A stretch of 64,000 nucleotides of DNA from an uncultured Oscillospiraceae bacterium (GTDB lineage: Bacteria > Bacillota > Clostridia > Oscillospirales > Acutalibacteraceae), in assembly GCA_900543215.1 (NCBI GenBank), contig UQQR01000005.1:18769-82768 (forward strand). Reading direction: 5' to 3'. Positions 29,443 to 39,203 of the stretch are shown here, piece after piece. Numbering within the stretch: position 1 is the first letter of the stretch; each line of letters begins with the position of its first letter. A model generated the notes under the pieces. The model was not told where the DNA came from. It was given only the letters and a program-made list of their open reading frames with translations, and ran no database searches. The position numbers and the translations under genes are program-made.

Positions 29443-31125
29443 ATGAAATCAACCGAAAATACAATTAATTTAATAACCGCCCTTTATTGACGACTCTCGC
29501 AAGAGGATATGCTGCAAGGGGAATCCAACAGTATCAAAAACCAAAAGCTAATACTGCAAAAGTATGCCGATGATCACGGCTTCCGTAATTGTAAGTTCTA
29601 TATTGATGACGGGTATAGTGGTGCCAACTTTGACCGCCCTGCCTTCAAGGAAATGATGGCAGATATTGAAAGCGGTAAAATAGGTGTGCTGATTGTTAAA
29701 GACCAGTCCCGTCTCGGCAGAGATTATTTACAAACAGGAATGCTAATGGAAATCAAATTTCCCGAATACGATGTTAGATTTATTGCAATCAACGATGGAG
29801 TTGATAGTGCCAACGGCATAAATGATTTTTCAGGCATAAAAAACTATTTTAACGATCTGTATGCAAAAGACACAAGCAATAAAATACGCGCCGTCCTAAA
29901 AGCAAAGGGCGAGCGCGGAGAAAGAGTTGGGAGTTCAATTCCGTATGGTTTCTTGAAAAATCCAGATTACAACGGAAACCAAAAAGAAGAACCATATATG
30001 ATAATTGACCCCGAAACAGCACCGATCGTTAAGCGCATATTTGAAATGTGTGCAGCAGGGCTTGGCGTTGTTAAAATCTGCGATACGCTGGCAAAAGAAA
30101 AAATCATTTCTCCAAGCGTATACGCCTTTCAAAGAACCGGTCGCCGAAGCGGCAATCCCGATTTGAGTCGCCCATATCATTGGGCACAGACAACCGTTCG
30201 CTCAATTCTATCCCGACAAGAATATTGCGGAGATACAGTGAACTTCAAAACCTATTCTAAGTCTAATAAGCTCAAGAAAAGGCTTAGTAATTCACCCGAA
30301 AACATCCGCATATTTGAGAACACGCATGAACCTATCGTAGACCGTAAGACTTTCGAACTTGTGCAAAAGAGATTTGAAGGTCGTAGAAAACCCGACAAGC
30401 AAGGCGAGGTTGATAAGTTTGCCGGATACCTCTTCTGTGGTGAGTGCGGACATCGACTGTATCTTCACCGAGGCAAGACCGTAAAAACCGAAAACAATGC
30501 ATTTCAGTGTGGTGGTTTTCAGCGAAGGGTTGCTGAGTGTACAGCACATTACATTCGGGAACAGGTTATAGAGCAAATTGTTCTCGAAAGCTTAAAAAGG
30601 ATGACTGCGCTGGCAAGAGAGAAACCCGATAAGTTTTATGAGATGGCTACGCAAAACGGCAAGGCAGAAGCACAGAAATTCTACGCAATTGCCGAAAAAC
30701 AGCAGCAACAGATAGAGGGGCGCATCAAAGAGCTCGACAGAATTATTCGGGTTCTCTATGAGGACAGAGTAGTAGGCCGCATAACACCCGAACGATATGA
30801 TGAAATGGCAAGTTCCTATGAGCAAGAACAAGCAGAGCTTAAACAGGAATTGCAAAGCATCAATGATCGCATCAGCGAAATGGATATGACCGAAACTTGC
30901 ATTAGAGATTTTATCGAAAAGGCAAAGCAGTATATAGAGATGCCAAAGTTGACTCCCGAATTGCTACGGATATTTATTCGCAAAATCGTGGTGCATGAAA
31001 AAGCCGAGAAATATTCTCGTACCTGTGGTAATGCAGTTGTAATCTATTACACCTTCCAAATCCCCAAAAGTGAATTATTGAGAAGGATGATGGGTGAAGA
31101 TATTATCATAGAAAAATCCGCCTAA
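29443..31125 (+). pseudogene. large serine recombinase with an in-frame TGA two codons upstream of the catalytic Ser
   Basis: The reading frame from ATG 29443 gives MKSTENTINLITALY*RLSQEDMLQGESNSIKNQK.... The TGA at 29488-29490 replaces the Cys (TGC) seen in the two ICE paralogs in this window (AAYCRVS). The rest of the protein (recombinase domain, zinc ribbon, coiled coil) is intact. Confidence 0.75.
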
Positions 31126-31132
31126 AAAGCAG

Positions 31133-31162
31133 TAACCGGAAGGCATTAAGCCTTCCGGTTAC
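31133..31162 (+). terminator. GC-rich perfect hairpin just after the recombinase stop (terminator or attachment-site-associated)
   Basis: GTAACCGGAAGGC-atta-GCCTTCCGGTTAC, with no T-tract. Confidence 0.4.
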
Positions 31163-31221
31163 ATAGCCCCTCGAATTTTCCGTTAAGAACATAACGGTAA
31201 ACGGTGTGGGTTTTTTGTGCA

Positions 31222-31262
31222 TAAAAAAGCTTTCCGAAATTTATATTTCGGAAAGCTTTTAA
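31222..31262. terminator. bidirectional terminator downstream of ispH-rpsA
   Basis: AAAAAGCTTTCCGAAAT-ttat-ATTTCGGAAAGCTTTT. Confidence 0.6.
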
Positions 31263-31264
31263 TA

Positions 31265-33307
31265 TTATTCCTCTGTTGCCGCGGTTTCGTCAGATGATTC
31301 GAAAACTACCTCGTCCTCAGCGGATGCGGGAGCTTCCTCTTCCTTCTGCTCCGGCTCAAGCAAAGCACGGATAGAAAGGCTTACACGCTTCTTGTCAAGG
31401 TCGATAGCAATAATCTTTGCGTCAACTTCCTGACCTACCGTAAGCTCGTCCTGCGGCTTGGCGACATGCTTATCGGCAATCTGCGATATATGGATAAGAC
31501 CGTCAATTCCGGGGATTATGCGGGCAAAAGCGCCGTATGTAGTCATACTTACGATAGTTACCTTCACGGTATCGCCTACATTGTAGTTGTTCTCAAAGAT
31601 AACCCACGGATTTTCCTCGGGTTTCTTGTAGCCGAGGGAGATCTTTTTCTTCTCGGTATCGAGAGCCTTAACATAAACCTCAACGGTATCTCCTACAAGA
31701 ACTACCTCCGACGGATTCTTGATTCTCTGCCAAGAAAGCTCGGAAATGTGAATCATACCGTCAACGCCGCCGATGTCTACGAAAGCGCCGTAGCTTGTAA
31801 GTGACTTAACAACGCCTGTGAAGCGGTCGCCCACTGCAATGTTTTCCCAAATCTTATCCTCGGCAGCCTTGCGCTGTTCCTTAAGCACGCTGCGGATAGA
31901 GCCTACCGCTCTGTGACCTCTGCCTATCTCGATAATTCTGAAGGAAACTTCCTTGCCCTTTAAATCCTCAAGCGGTTCGCCCCTTGAAGCTGTTGCCTGA
32001 GAAGCGGGAATGAATACTCTTACATTATTTGAATAAGCAACTACGCCGCCTTTGATAATGTCTCTGACAACACCGGTAACAATTTCACCGGACTCCTTGG
32101 CTGCGACTATATTGTCCCAACCGGCAATAGCATCGTAACGGCGCTTGGAGAGCATTGCGGTTCCTTCCTGGTCATTTATCTTCATAATGATAAGATTAAG
32201 CTTATCGCCCGCCTTGACTTCGTCCATAAGCTTTACATCAGCATCCGAAGAAAACTCGTCAGCGGTTACATAGCCTGTAACACCTCTGCCGATATCCACC
32301 GTTACCTCGGTGGGATTAACGGCAACTACCGTACCGCAGACCTTCTGATCTCCGGTTAATCCGCTGAGCGAAGCCTCAAATGCTTCTTCGTCCGTCATTT
32401 CGTCGAAGCTTTTTTGAACAGATTCTTTAACCTCCGTCTGTTCTTCGACCGGTTGTAAATTTTCCGACATGGTTTTAATAACCTCCTTTATTATACCTGC
32501 AGGTGTAGACGCACCCGCAACGACTCCGACCGAACCGCAGTTTTCAAAAGACAGACCGGACAGCTCGTCCGCCGTCTCTATCAAAAAGGTTCTGCCGCAG
32601 TTTTCACGGCACACGGAAAAAAGCTTCGCCGTGTTTGAGCTGTGCCTGCCGCCAATAACAATCATTACATCGTTATTGCGTGACAGCTCCCGTGCCTCCT
32701 GCTGGCGCATAGAAGTCGCATTACATATTGTATCAAATATTTTCGCATTTGTATATACTTTTTTTAATTTTTTTTCGCAAACTTTGAAAATTTCTGCGTT
32801 AAAAGTGGTTTGAGATACCAAAATTACGGGTCTTTCGCCTATTTTTTCCTTATTTTCCAGTATTTCTTCCAGCTCGTCGGGTCCCGAAAAGACAAATACA
32901 TCCCCCGTGCAATGCCCGACTATGCCTATTACCTCCTGATGATCAGCGTCGCCCGCTATTAAGGTGACATACCCGTCATTGCCCATTTCGGCTGCTATTT
33001 TATGTATTTTGGAAACAAACGGGCAGGTGGCGTCCACGGTTTTAACGTCTAATTCGGCACATTCGTCCATAACCGCCTTTGTAACCCCGTGCGAGCGGAT
33101 AACAAGAGTTTCCCCGTCTTTAACCTCAGAGGGGGATTTCACTATCCTTACGCCCTTATTACTAAGCTCCTCCACTATTTGGGGGTTGTGAATAATAGGT
33201 CCTAAGGTGCAGACCCTTTCGCCCTTGCCTACAAGCTCGTATACCGTATTTACGGCGCGGTCAACACCAAAACAAAAGCCTGCGGTCTTTGCCACGGTAA
33301 TTTTCAA
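31265..33307 (-). CDS. ispH: bifunctional 4-hydroxy-3-methylbut-2-enyl diphosphate reductase / ribosomal protein S1
   Basis: 680 aa. N-terminal IspH/LytB (MKITVAKTAGFCFGVDRAV...), and a C-terminal series of S1 RNA-binding repeats. This is the known Clostridial fusion architecture. Confidence 0.85.
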   Translation of the reverse strand: MKITVAKTAGFCFGVDRAVNTVYELVGKGERVCTLGPIIHNPQIVEELSNKGVRIVKSPSEVKDGETLVIRSHGVTKAVMDECAELDVKTVDATCPFVSKIHKIAAEMGNDGYVTLIAGDADHQEVIGIVGHCTGDVFVFSGPDELEEILENKEKIGERPVILVSQTTFNAEIFKVCEKKLKKVYTNAKIFDTICNATSMRQQEARELSRNNDVMIVIGGRHSSNTAKLFSVCRENCGRTFLIETADELSGLSFENCGSVGVVAGASTPAGIIKEVIKTMSENLQPVEEQTEVKESVQKSFDEMTDEEAFEASLSGLTGDQKVCGTVVAVNPTEVTVDIGRGVTGYVTADEFSSDADVKLMDEVKAGDKLNLIIMKINDQEGTAMLSKRRYDAIAGWDNIVAAKESGEIVTGVVRDIIKGGVVAYSNNVRVFIPASQATASRGEPLEDLKGKEVSFRIIEIGRGHRAVGSIRSVLKEQRKAAEDKIWENIAVGDRFTGVVKSLTSYGAFVDIGGVDGMIHISELSWQRIKNPSEVVLVGDTVEVYVKALDTEKKKISLGYKKPEENPWVIFENNYNVGDTVKVTIVSMTTYGAFARIIPGIDGLIHISQIADKHVAKPQDELTVGQEVDAKIIAIDLDKKRVSLSIRALLEPEQKEEEAPASAEDEVVFESSDETAATEE

Positions 33308-33308
33308 G

Positions 33309-33974
33309 CTATCCTACCCTTTCCTTTATGATCTTGACTATAAGCTCTACCGATTCGTCAAAGCCGCAATCGGAGGTGTCCGCCAAAACCGCGTCCTCCG
33401 CTTTTTTAAGCGGCGCTATTTCACGGTTCATATCTGCGCTGTCACGGCTTATTATATCGGCAAGCACAGTTTCATAGCTTACGCTTGTCCCCTTTTCGGC
33501 AAGCTCCTTAAACCGCCTTTCGGCACGAACCTCGGGAGAAGCCGTAAGATATATTTTCACATCGGCGTCGGTCAAAACAACCGTTCCTATATCCCTGCCG
33601 TCCATAATCACATTACTGTCCGCGGCGGCTTTACGCTGCATTTCAAGCAAAAACGCCCTTACCTCCGGCTTTGCCGAAACCGCCGACGCCATTTTTGAAG
33701 CCTCAGGCGTGCGTATATCATCCGAAACATCACAGCCGTCAAGCAAAACCCTCTGCTCGCCGTTTATAAACTTGATTTCCACAACGGTACTTTTAAGAAC
33801 GGCGGATATATCGCAGTCAAGCGCCGTATCCGCTCCCGATTTTAAAAATTTAAGTCCCACCGCTCTGTAAAGAGCGCCGGTATCCACATAAATATAACCG
33901 AGCTTTTTCGCCGCCGCTCTCGCTACCGAGCTTTTTCCGGCGCCTGCCGGTCCGTCTATCGCTACTGCAACCAT
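33309..33974 (-). CDS. cmk: cytidylate kinase
   Basis: MVAVAIDGPAGAGKSSVAR P-loop, 221 aa. Confidence 0.9.
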   Translation of the reverse strand: MVAVAIDGPAGAGKSSVARAAAKKLGYIYVDTGALYRAVGLKFLKSGADTALDCDISAVLKSTVVEIKFINGEQRVLLDGCDVSDDIRTPEASKMASAVSAKPEVRAFLLEMQRKAAADSNVIMDGRDIGTVVLTDADVKIYLTASPEVRAERRFKELAEKGTSVSYETVLADIISRDSADMNREIAPLKKAEDAVLADTSDCGFDESVELIVKIIKERVG

Positions 33975-33988
33975 TTGTTTTTCCCCTT

Positions 33989-35224
33989 TTATATGCTGTT
34001 TCCGGCGGTGTAGCCGGTTGAAAACGCTATCTGCAAATTAAATCCGCCCGTGTAAGCGTCCACATCTATTACCTCGCCCGCTAAATACAGTCCCTTTATA
34101 ATTTTCGATTCCATTGTGGACGGATTTATTTCCTTGACCGATATGCCACCGCCCGTTATTATGGCTTCTTCAATGGGTCTCGTCCCCGTAATATGAAGTG
34201 TAAGGTTCTTTATAACGCCGCACAGCCTTTCCCTCTGCTCACGGCTTATCTGGTTCACCTTTTCATCACTCGGTATACCCGAAAGCGATATTATAACGGG
34301 TATAATGCTTTTCGGCAAAAGCTTATCGAGCGAATTCGCAAAATCACGGTTTTTAGCGCCGTCAAAATCACGCAACAGCCGTGAGTCAAGCTGTTCGTGG
34401 CTGAGTCCCGGTTTTAAATCCAGGTGAGCAGTATATTGCTTTTCCCCTATTTTACGCATATGAGCCGACGCGCTTAACACAAGCGGTCCCGAAATACCGA
34501 AGTGAGTAAAAAGCATTTCACCGAGCTCCGAAAAAATCGGCTTTTTCTTTCCCTCTTCAAAAACCGAAAGCACCGTGTTTTTAAGCGAGAGACCCGAAAG
34601 CCTTTCACAAAATCCCTCGTGTACGGTAAGCGGAACAAGCGAAGGCTTTATGGGCGTTACGGTATGGCCAAGTTCCTTTGCGATTTTATAACCGTCGCCC
34701 ACAGAGCCCGTAAGCGGATATGACATACCGCCGGTAGCTATTATAACGCCGTCGGCGTCTATGATTTCGCCGTCAGAAAGCTCTACTCCCGTTACCGTCC
34801 CGTTTTCGGTTTTTACAGCTGCCGCTCTGCCGTTTATGATACGCGCTCCTCTTTTTTTTGCGCATCTCACCAAAGCGTCCACTATATCCGAAGCCTTGTC
34901 GGACACGGGGAACACCCTGTTCCCCCGCTCGGTCTTAAGCGGAACGCCCAGAGTTTCAAAAAATTCCATTGTGTCGGAAGAATCAAACTCCGAAAAGGCG
35001 GAAAATAAAAATTTGCCGTTTTTCGGTACATTTGCAATCAGCGTATCGGTACCGCAGTTGTTTGTAACATTGCATCTGCCCTTACCCGTTATCATTACCT
35101 TACGGGCAGGGCGTTCGTTTCTTTCAATGATTATTACATCCGCCGAGGCTCCGTATCTCTCTGCCGCGCGGCAAGCCGCCATAAGTCCTGCGGCGCCGCC
35201 GCCTATTATAACAATTTTTTTCAT
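33989..35224 (-). CDS. HI0933-like NAD(P)/FAD-binding flavoprotein (aminoacetone-oxidase family)
   Basis: Start at MKKIVIIGGGAAGLMAA (Rossmann GxGxxG), with C-terminal YTGGFNLQIAFSTGYTAGN. Confidence 0.75.
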   Translation of the reverse strand: MKKIVIIGGGAAGLMAACRAAERYGASADVIIIERNERPARKVMITGKGRCNVTNNCGTDTLIANVPKNGKFLFSAFSEFDSSDTMEFFETLGVPLKTERGNRVFPVSDKASDIVDALVRCAKKRGARIINGRAAAVKTENGTVTGVELSDGEIIDADGVIIATGGMSYPLTGSVGDGYKIAKELGHTVTPIKPSLVPLTVHEGFCERLSGLSLKNTVLSVFEEGKKKPIFSELGEMLFTHFGISGPLVLSASAHMRKIGEKQYTAHLDLKPGLSHEQLDSRLLRDFDGAKNRDFANSLDKLLPKSIIPVIISLSGIPSDEKVNQISREQRERLCGVIKNLTLHITGTRPIEEAIITGGGISVKEINPSTMESKIIKGLYLAGEVIDVDAYTGGFNLQIAFSTGYTAGNSI

Positions 35225-35401
35225 AGCGTCACCAAATGCTATTTTACAACAAAACAAAAAAAAAGTAAATAAAAACCGAGTTTATCACATATCTTTCTAT
35301 GGGACAAGCAGGATTTTAACCCTTTTGTTACTTGTTTGTTATGCATATCGGTTGTATAATGAATAAAATGTCATTTTATGCGTTTTTGAGGAGTTGGTCT
35401 G

Positions 35402-37552
35402 ATGACGGACAATATCTTTGTCATAATCCCCTCGCTTAATCCGGATGAGCGGCTTATAAATACGGTAGAGGGAATGCTTGACATTGGGTTCAAAAAAATC
35501 ATTCTTGTAAATGACGGAAGCGACGCCGAGCATTTGCGGTATTTTCCGAAGGCTACGGAAAATATCACGGTCATACACCGCAAGGCAAATCACGGCAAGG
35601 GTGCGGCACTCAAGGTTGCCTTTAGGCATATTTTGAAAAATTTCCCCGACGCCGAGGGCGTAGTTACCGTAGACGGAGACGGTCAGCACGAGCCGTCCGA
35701 TGTGCTTGCCTGCGCTGAAGCGCTTGACGGCATAGGCAAGGGTGCTGTGCTCGGATGCCGTGACTTTTCTGGCGAGGATGTGCCAAAACGCAGCCGTATG
35801 GGCAACCGTATAACCTCGGCTGTTTTTAAGGTTGTGTGCGGAATGAAAATTTCCGACACTCAAACAGGGCTTCGAGCGTTCCCTGCCTCGCTTTTACCTT
35901 TGCTTCTTACTGTAAAGGGCGACCGATTTGATTATGAGACAAATATGCTTCTTAAATTCAAGCAGTGCGGCGTGAAGATAAGGGAGGTAAAAATTCAAAC
36001 GGTATACCTTGACGAAAATTCATCCTCTCACTTCAGACCTGTAATAGACTCGCTTAAAATATACCGGTTTATTTTGGCTTACATTTTAAGCTCCGCCGTC
36101 TCTTTCATAATAGACATACTGCTTTTTTACATAGCCTCAAAGCTTTTAAAATCAGCGCTTGGTATGGCTACAGCGTTGGTTGCCACCGTTATAGCGCGCG
36201 CGGTATCCTCGTTTGTAAATTACAGTATTAACAGAACCACCGTTTTTGACTCGAAAAAGAAAAAGCGCAATTCTCTTATAAGGTACTATATTTTAGCGGT
36301 TCCGCAAATGCTTGTATCAGCCCTTTTGGTTTCGGTCATAGGCGCGGTATTCAAGGCGGCACCCGGTGTTTCCACCGTTATAAAAATTATAGTTGATACG
36401 GTTCTGTTCTTTATAAGCTACCGTATACAGCAGGGCTGGGTGTTTTCGGAAAAGGACGGCACAGAAAAATCCGTACCGAAGAAAAGGCTCGGCATTAAAA
36501 CAATAGTCGGCAGAACACTCCTTTCCTTAGGTACGGCAATAGTTATGCTTATAGTCACTGTCTTTTCGGCAGGGTTTATGATCTGCTACGGACCGAGTAA
36601 AAGCCTTCGCAATATGCTTGTTATAATGGCTAAGGAGGCCAGCGCAACCAAATGGGCGCCGACTCTGTTTCTTCCAAAATCAAAGGTAGACGAAATAATA
36701 GCCGAAAGCGAAAAGCTCAACACAGATGTCATTGATGTAGGCAACTATGTGTCGGACGCAGCCGCAGACGAATGGAAGGACGCCAAAAACGGTATGAAGC
36801 TTACCTTTTTGAGCAAGCCTAAGTATAAGGGCTATTTACTGCTTATAAAGGACCCGAAGCGTGTGTCCGTCGGTATTTCTTCCGAAAACTTCGCCGCCGC
36901 CACAGAGGGTATGCGTATTTTTGACATTGCCGCAAAATATAACGCCGCCGCCGCAATAAACGCGGGCGAATTTTTAGACACGGGCGGTCAGGGCAAGGGC
37001 TCCGCGCCTATGGGTCTTACCTACTCGGGCGGAAAAAATGTGTGGAATGATGGGCTTAAGCGTACATTTATAGGCTTTGATAAGAACGACAGACTTATCT
37101 GCCGCGAATCAATGACCAAAAAAGAGGCGGATGAATTAGGCATACGCGACGCCGTTTCATTCCAGAACGGCAATGTGCTTATAGAACAGTCAGGCAATGA
37201 TGTTAAGCTTTATAAGGCGGATAACGATACCGGTACGGCACAGCGCACGGCGATAGGTCAGCGGGCGGACGGAACGGTTATAATGCTTGTTACGGACGGT
37301 CGCTCGGTAGACAGCATAGGAGCTACGAGAAACGATGTAATAGAGCTTATGGTCGCAAACGGAGCGGTGAACGCCGCAATGCTTGACGGCGGTTCCTCGG
37401 CAATGATGTACTACCGCAATTATTACGATGTTTATTCGGTAGATAAGTCACAGCTTGACCAGTATCAGCTTCAGGGTCTTGTAAACCGATATAAGGCATT
37501 TACAAAGCCGCGCCGCATACCGACCTATTTTATAGTAACGGAGGAAAAGTGA
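35402..37552 (+). CDS. three-domain fusion: GT2 glycosyltransferase + GtrA-like membrane domain + phosphodiester glycosidase (NAGPA-like)
   Basis: 716 aa. The N-terminus is a DPM1-like GT2 (IPSLNPDE...VTVDGDGQHEP). Residues 240-330 are GtrA-like with 4 TM helices. The C-terminal ~300 aa are an extracytoplasmic phosphodiester-glycosidase-like domain. Confidence 0.65.
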   Translation: MTDNIFVIIPSLNPDERLINTVEGMLDIGFKKIILVNDGSDAEHLRYFPKATENITVIHRKANHGKGAALKVAFRHILKNFPDAEGVVTVDGDGQHEPSDVLACAEALDGIGKGAVLGCRDFSGEDVPKRSRMGNRITSAVFKVVCGMKISDTQTGLRAFPASLLPLLLTVKGDRFDYETNMLLKFKQCGVKIREVKIQTVYLDENSSSHFRPVIDSLKIYRFILAYILSSAVSFIIDILLFYIASKLLKSALGMATALVATVIARAVSSFVNYSINRTTVFDSKKKKRNSLIRYYILAVPQMLVSALLVSVIGAVFKAAPGVSTVIKIIVDTVLFFISYRIQQGWVFSEKDGTEKSVPKKRLGIKTIVGRTLLSLGTAIVMLIVTVFSAGFMICYGPSKSLRNMLVIMAKEASATKWAPTLFLPKSKVDEIIAESEKLNTDVIDVGNYVSDAAADEWKDAKNGMKLTFLSKPKYKGYLLLIKDPKRVSVGISSENFAAATEGMRIFDIAAKYNAAAAINAGEFLDTGGQGKGSAPMGLTYSGGKNVWNDGLKRTFIGFDKNDRLICRESMTKKEADELGIRDAVSFQNGNVLIEQSGNDVKLYKADNDTGTAQRTAIGQRADGTVIMLVTDGRSVDSIGATRNDVIELMVANGAVNAAMLDGGSSAMMYYRNYYDVYSVDKSQLDQYQLQGLVNRYKAFTKPRRIPTYFIVTEEK

Positions 37553-38604
37553 TGAAACCGAAATCTGTGTTTTATAAAGCTTACTTCACGGTTATCGCTT
37601 TGTTTTTCGTCGCCCTTATAATAGGGCTTTTGGTATTCAGAGGCTGGCTTGCCGACTATGAAGCGGCACAGCCGGAGCCTATTGTAAACAAGCTTATCGA
37701 AAGCCATATTAAAACCGGAGACCTGTATTCGGTCAAAGACAAATACAATTTAAAAATTTCAGACTATGAAACAAAAAGCAATTTTGACAGCTTTCTTAAA
37801 AGCCTTACCGACGGCAAGGAGCTTACAGGCACAACCTCGGCGGTAAAGCCCGATGGTTGTGACGCCGCTTATCAAATAAAAGCCGACGGTGAGAAAATAC
37901 TTAATGTTTATTTAAAAAAAGACGGCAAGACAAAAAGATATTTTGTTTCCGGCTGTGAGTTTGACAGCTCCGTTTACAAGACCTTGAAAATAACCGCGGC
38001 GTCGGACGCCGAAATCAAAGTCAACGGCGTTGCCGTAAAGGCGGAAGACCGTAAGGACGAGCCGTTGCCCGATATTAAAAGCGACCTTCTGAAATCCGAC
38101 AAACTGATAAAAAAACAAATTATAAGTATAACCGACCTTTTAAACGAACCTGAAAGCGTAACGGCGACATCAGGTAAGAAAGCGCTGACGGTCGAAAACG
38201 ATTCGGGCGTTTATAGTGTTGCGGAGGATTTCCCCGAAAAATCGGCAGTGGGGGATTTTGCGGGCAAGGCAGCCTCAACCTACGCCGAATATATGCAGAA
38301 CGATTCCAACCTTACAAACATAAAGAAATACATAGACGACACAACAGAGCTTTACAAAAACATAAAATCAAGTCTTGTAATTTTTTCGCTCGACCATGAG
38401 GGGCACACTATTAAAGACATAAAAACAACCGATTTCCATAAATATAACGACAGTCTTTTCAGTTGCCGTGTACGGCTTACAAACGCTTTAAAGCGAAACG
38501 GTGCGATTTATGAGGACAAATTTGATAAATATGTGTATCTCAAAAAGGACGGAGACACCTATAAGGCGATTGACATGCAAAACACGGGGGATTCGGTAAA
38601 ATGA
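37549..38604 (+). CDS. N-terminally membrane-anchored extracytoplasmic protein, unknown function
   Basis: 351 aa with a single N-terminal TM helix. It overlaps the upstream and downstream genes by 4 nt, so it is operonic. Confidence 0.55.
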   Translation: MMKPKSVFYKAYFTVIALFFVALIIGLLVFRGWLADYEAAQPEPIVNKLIESHIKTGDLYSVKDKYNLKISDYETKSNFDSFLKSLTDGKELTGTTSAVKPDGCDAAYQIKADGEKILNVYLKKDGKTKRYFVSGCEFDSSVYKTLKITAASDAEIKVNGVAVKAEDRKDEPLPDIKSDLLKSDKLIKKQIISITDLLNEPESVTATSGKKALTVENDSGVYSVAEDFPEKSAVGDFAGKAASTYAEYMQNDSNLTNIKKYIDDTTELYKNIKSSLVIFSLDHEGHTIKDIKTTDFHKYNDSLFSCRVRLTNALKRNGAIYEDKFDKYVYLKKDGDTYKAIDMQNTGDSVK

Positions 38605-39158
38605 ATGAATATGAACTTAAAATACTTGACTTTATCCACGAACACCTCACCTGCCGTTTTCTTGACGCGGTAATGCCGATAATTACTAAATTCGGTGACG
38701 GCGGAATTTTTTGGATAGCCGTAGCATTAGCGTTTATAATTATTAAGAAAACGCGCAAGACGGGAATTTCGATGGGTACGGCTCTGCTTATAGGTCTTAT
38801 TATCGGAAACCTTATACTGAAAAATTCCTTTGCGAGAATAAGGCCGTATGACCTTAACACCGCAATAAGACCCGACCTGCTTGTGAAAGCGCTTTCGGAT
38901 TATTCCTTCCCGTCGGGGCATACTCTGGCTTCATTTGAGGCGGCAACGGTGCTTCTTATACGGGATAAGCGATTCGGAATACCTGCTGTTATTTTGGCGG
39001 TTCTTATAGCGTTTTCAAGGCTTTATCTGTATGTGCATTACCCGTCGGATGTTTTGGCAGGGGCAGTGCTCGGAGTATTTATAGGCTTCTTATCCTGCAA
39101 GCTGATAGATAGGCTCTTTGAAAAGTTCGAAGAACATAAACGGCTTAAAACAAAATAA
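38601..39158 (+). CDS. PAP2-family phosphatase (undecaprenyl-diphosphatase-like)
   Basis: The KX6RP (ARIRPYDL), PSGH and SRLYLYVHYPSD motifs are all present. Confidence 0.75.
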   Translation: MNEYELKILDFIHEHLTCRFLDAVMPIITKFGDGGIFWIAVALAFIIIKKTRKTGISMGTALLIGLIIGNLILKNSFARIRPYDLNTAIRPDLLVKALSDYSFPSGHTLASFEAATVLLIRDKRFGIPAVILAVLIAFSRLYLYVHYPSDVLAGAVLGVFIGFLSCKLIDRLFEKFEEHKRLKTK

Positions 39159-39203
39159 AAAACGGTTGTTACAGTAAAAAACTGTAACAACCGTTTTTTG
39201 ATA

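Noticed and set aside
29488-29490. Programmed recoding (selenocysteine or alternative genetic code) at the recombinase TGA
   Set aside because: No other gene in the window shows an in-frame TGA and no SECIS-like hairpin follows. The paralogs have TGC at this position, so a simple nonsense mutation or a read error is more economical.
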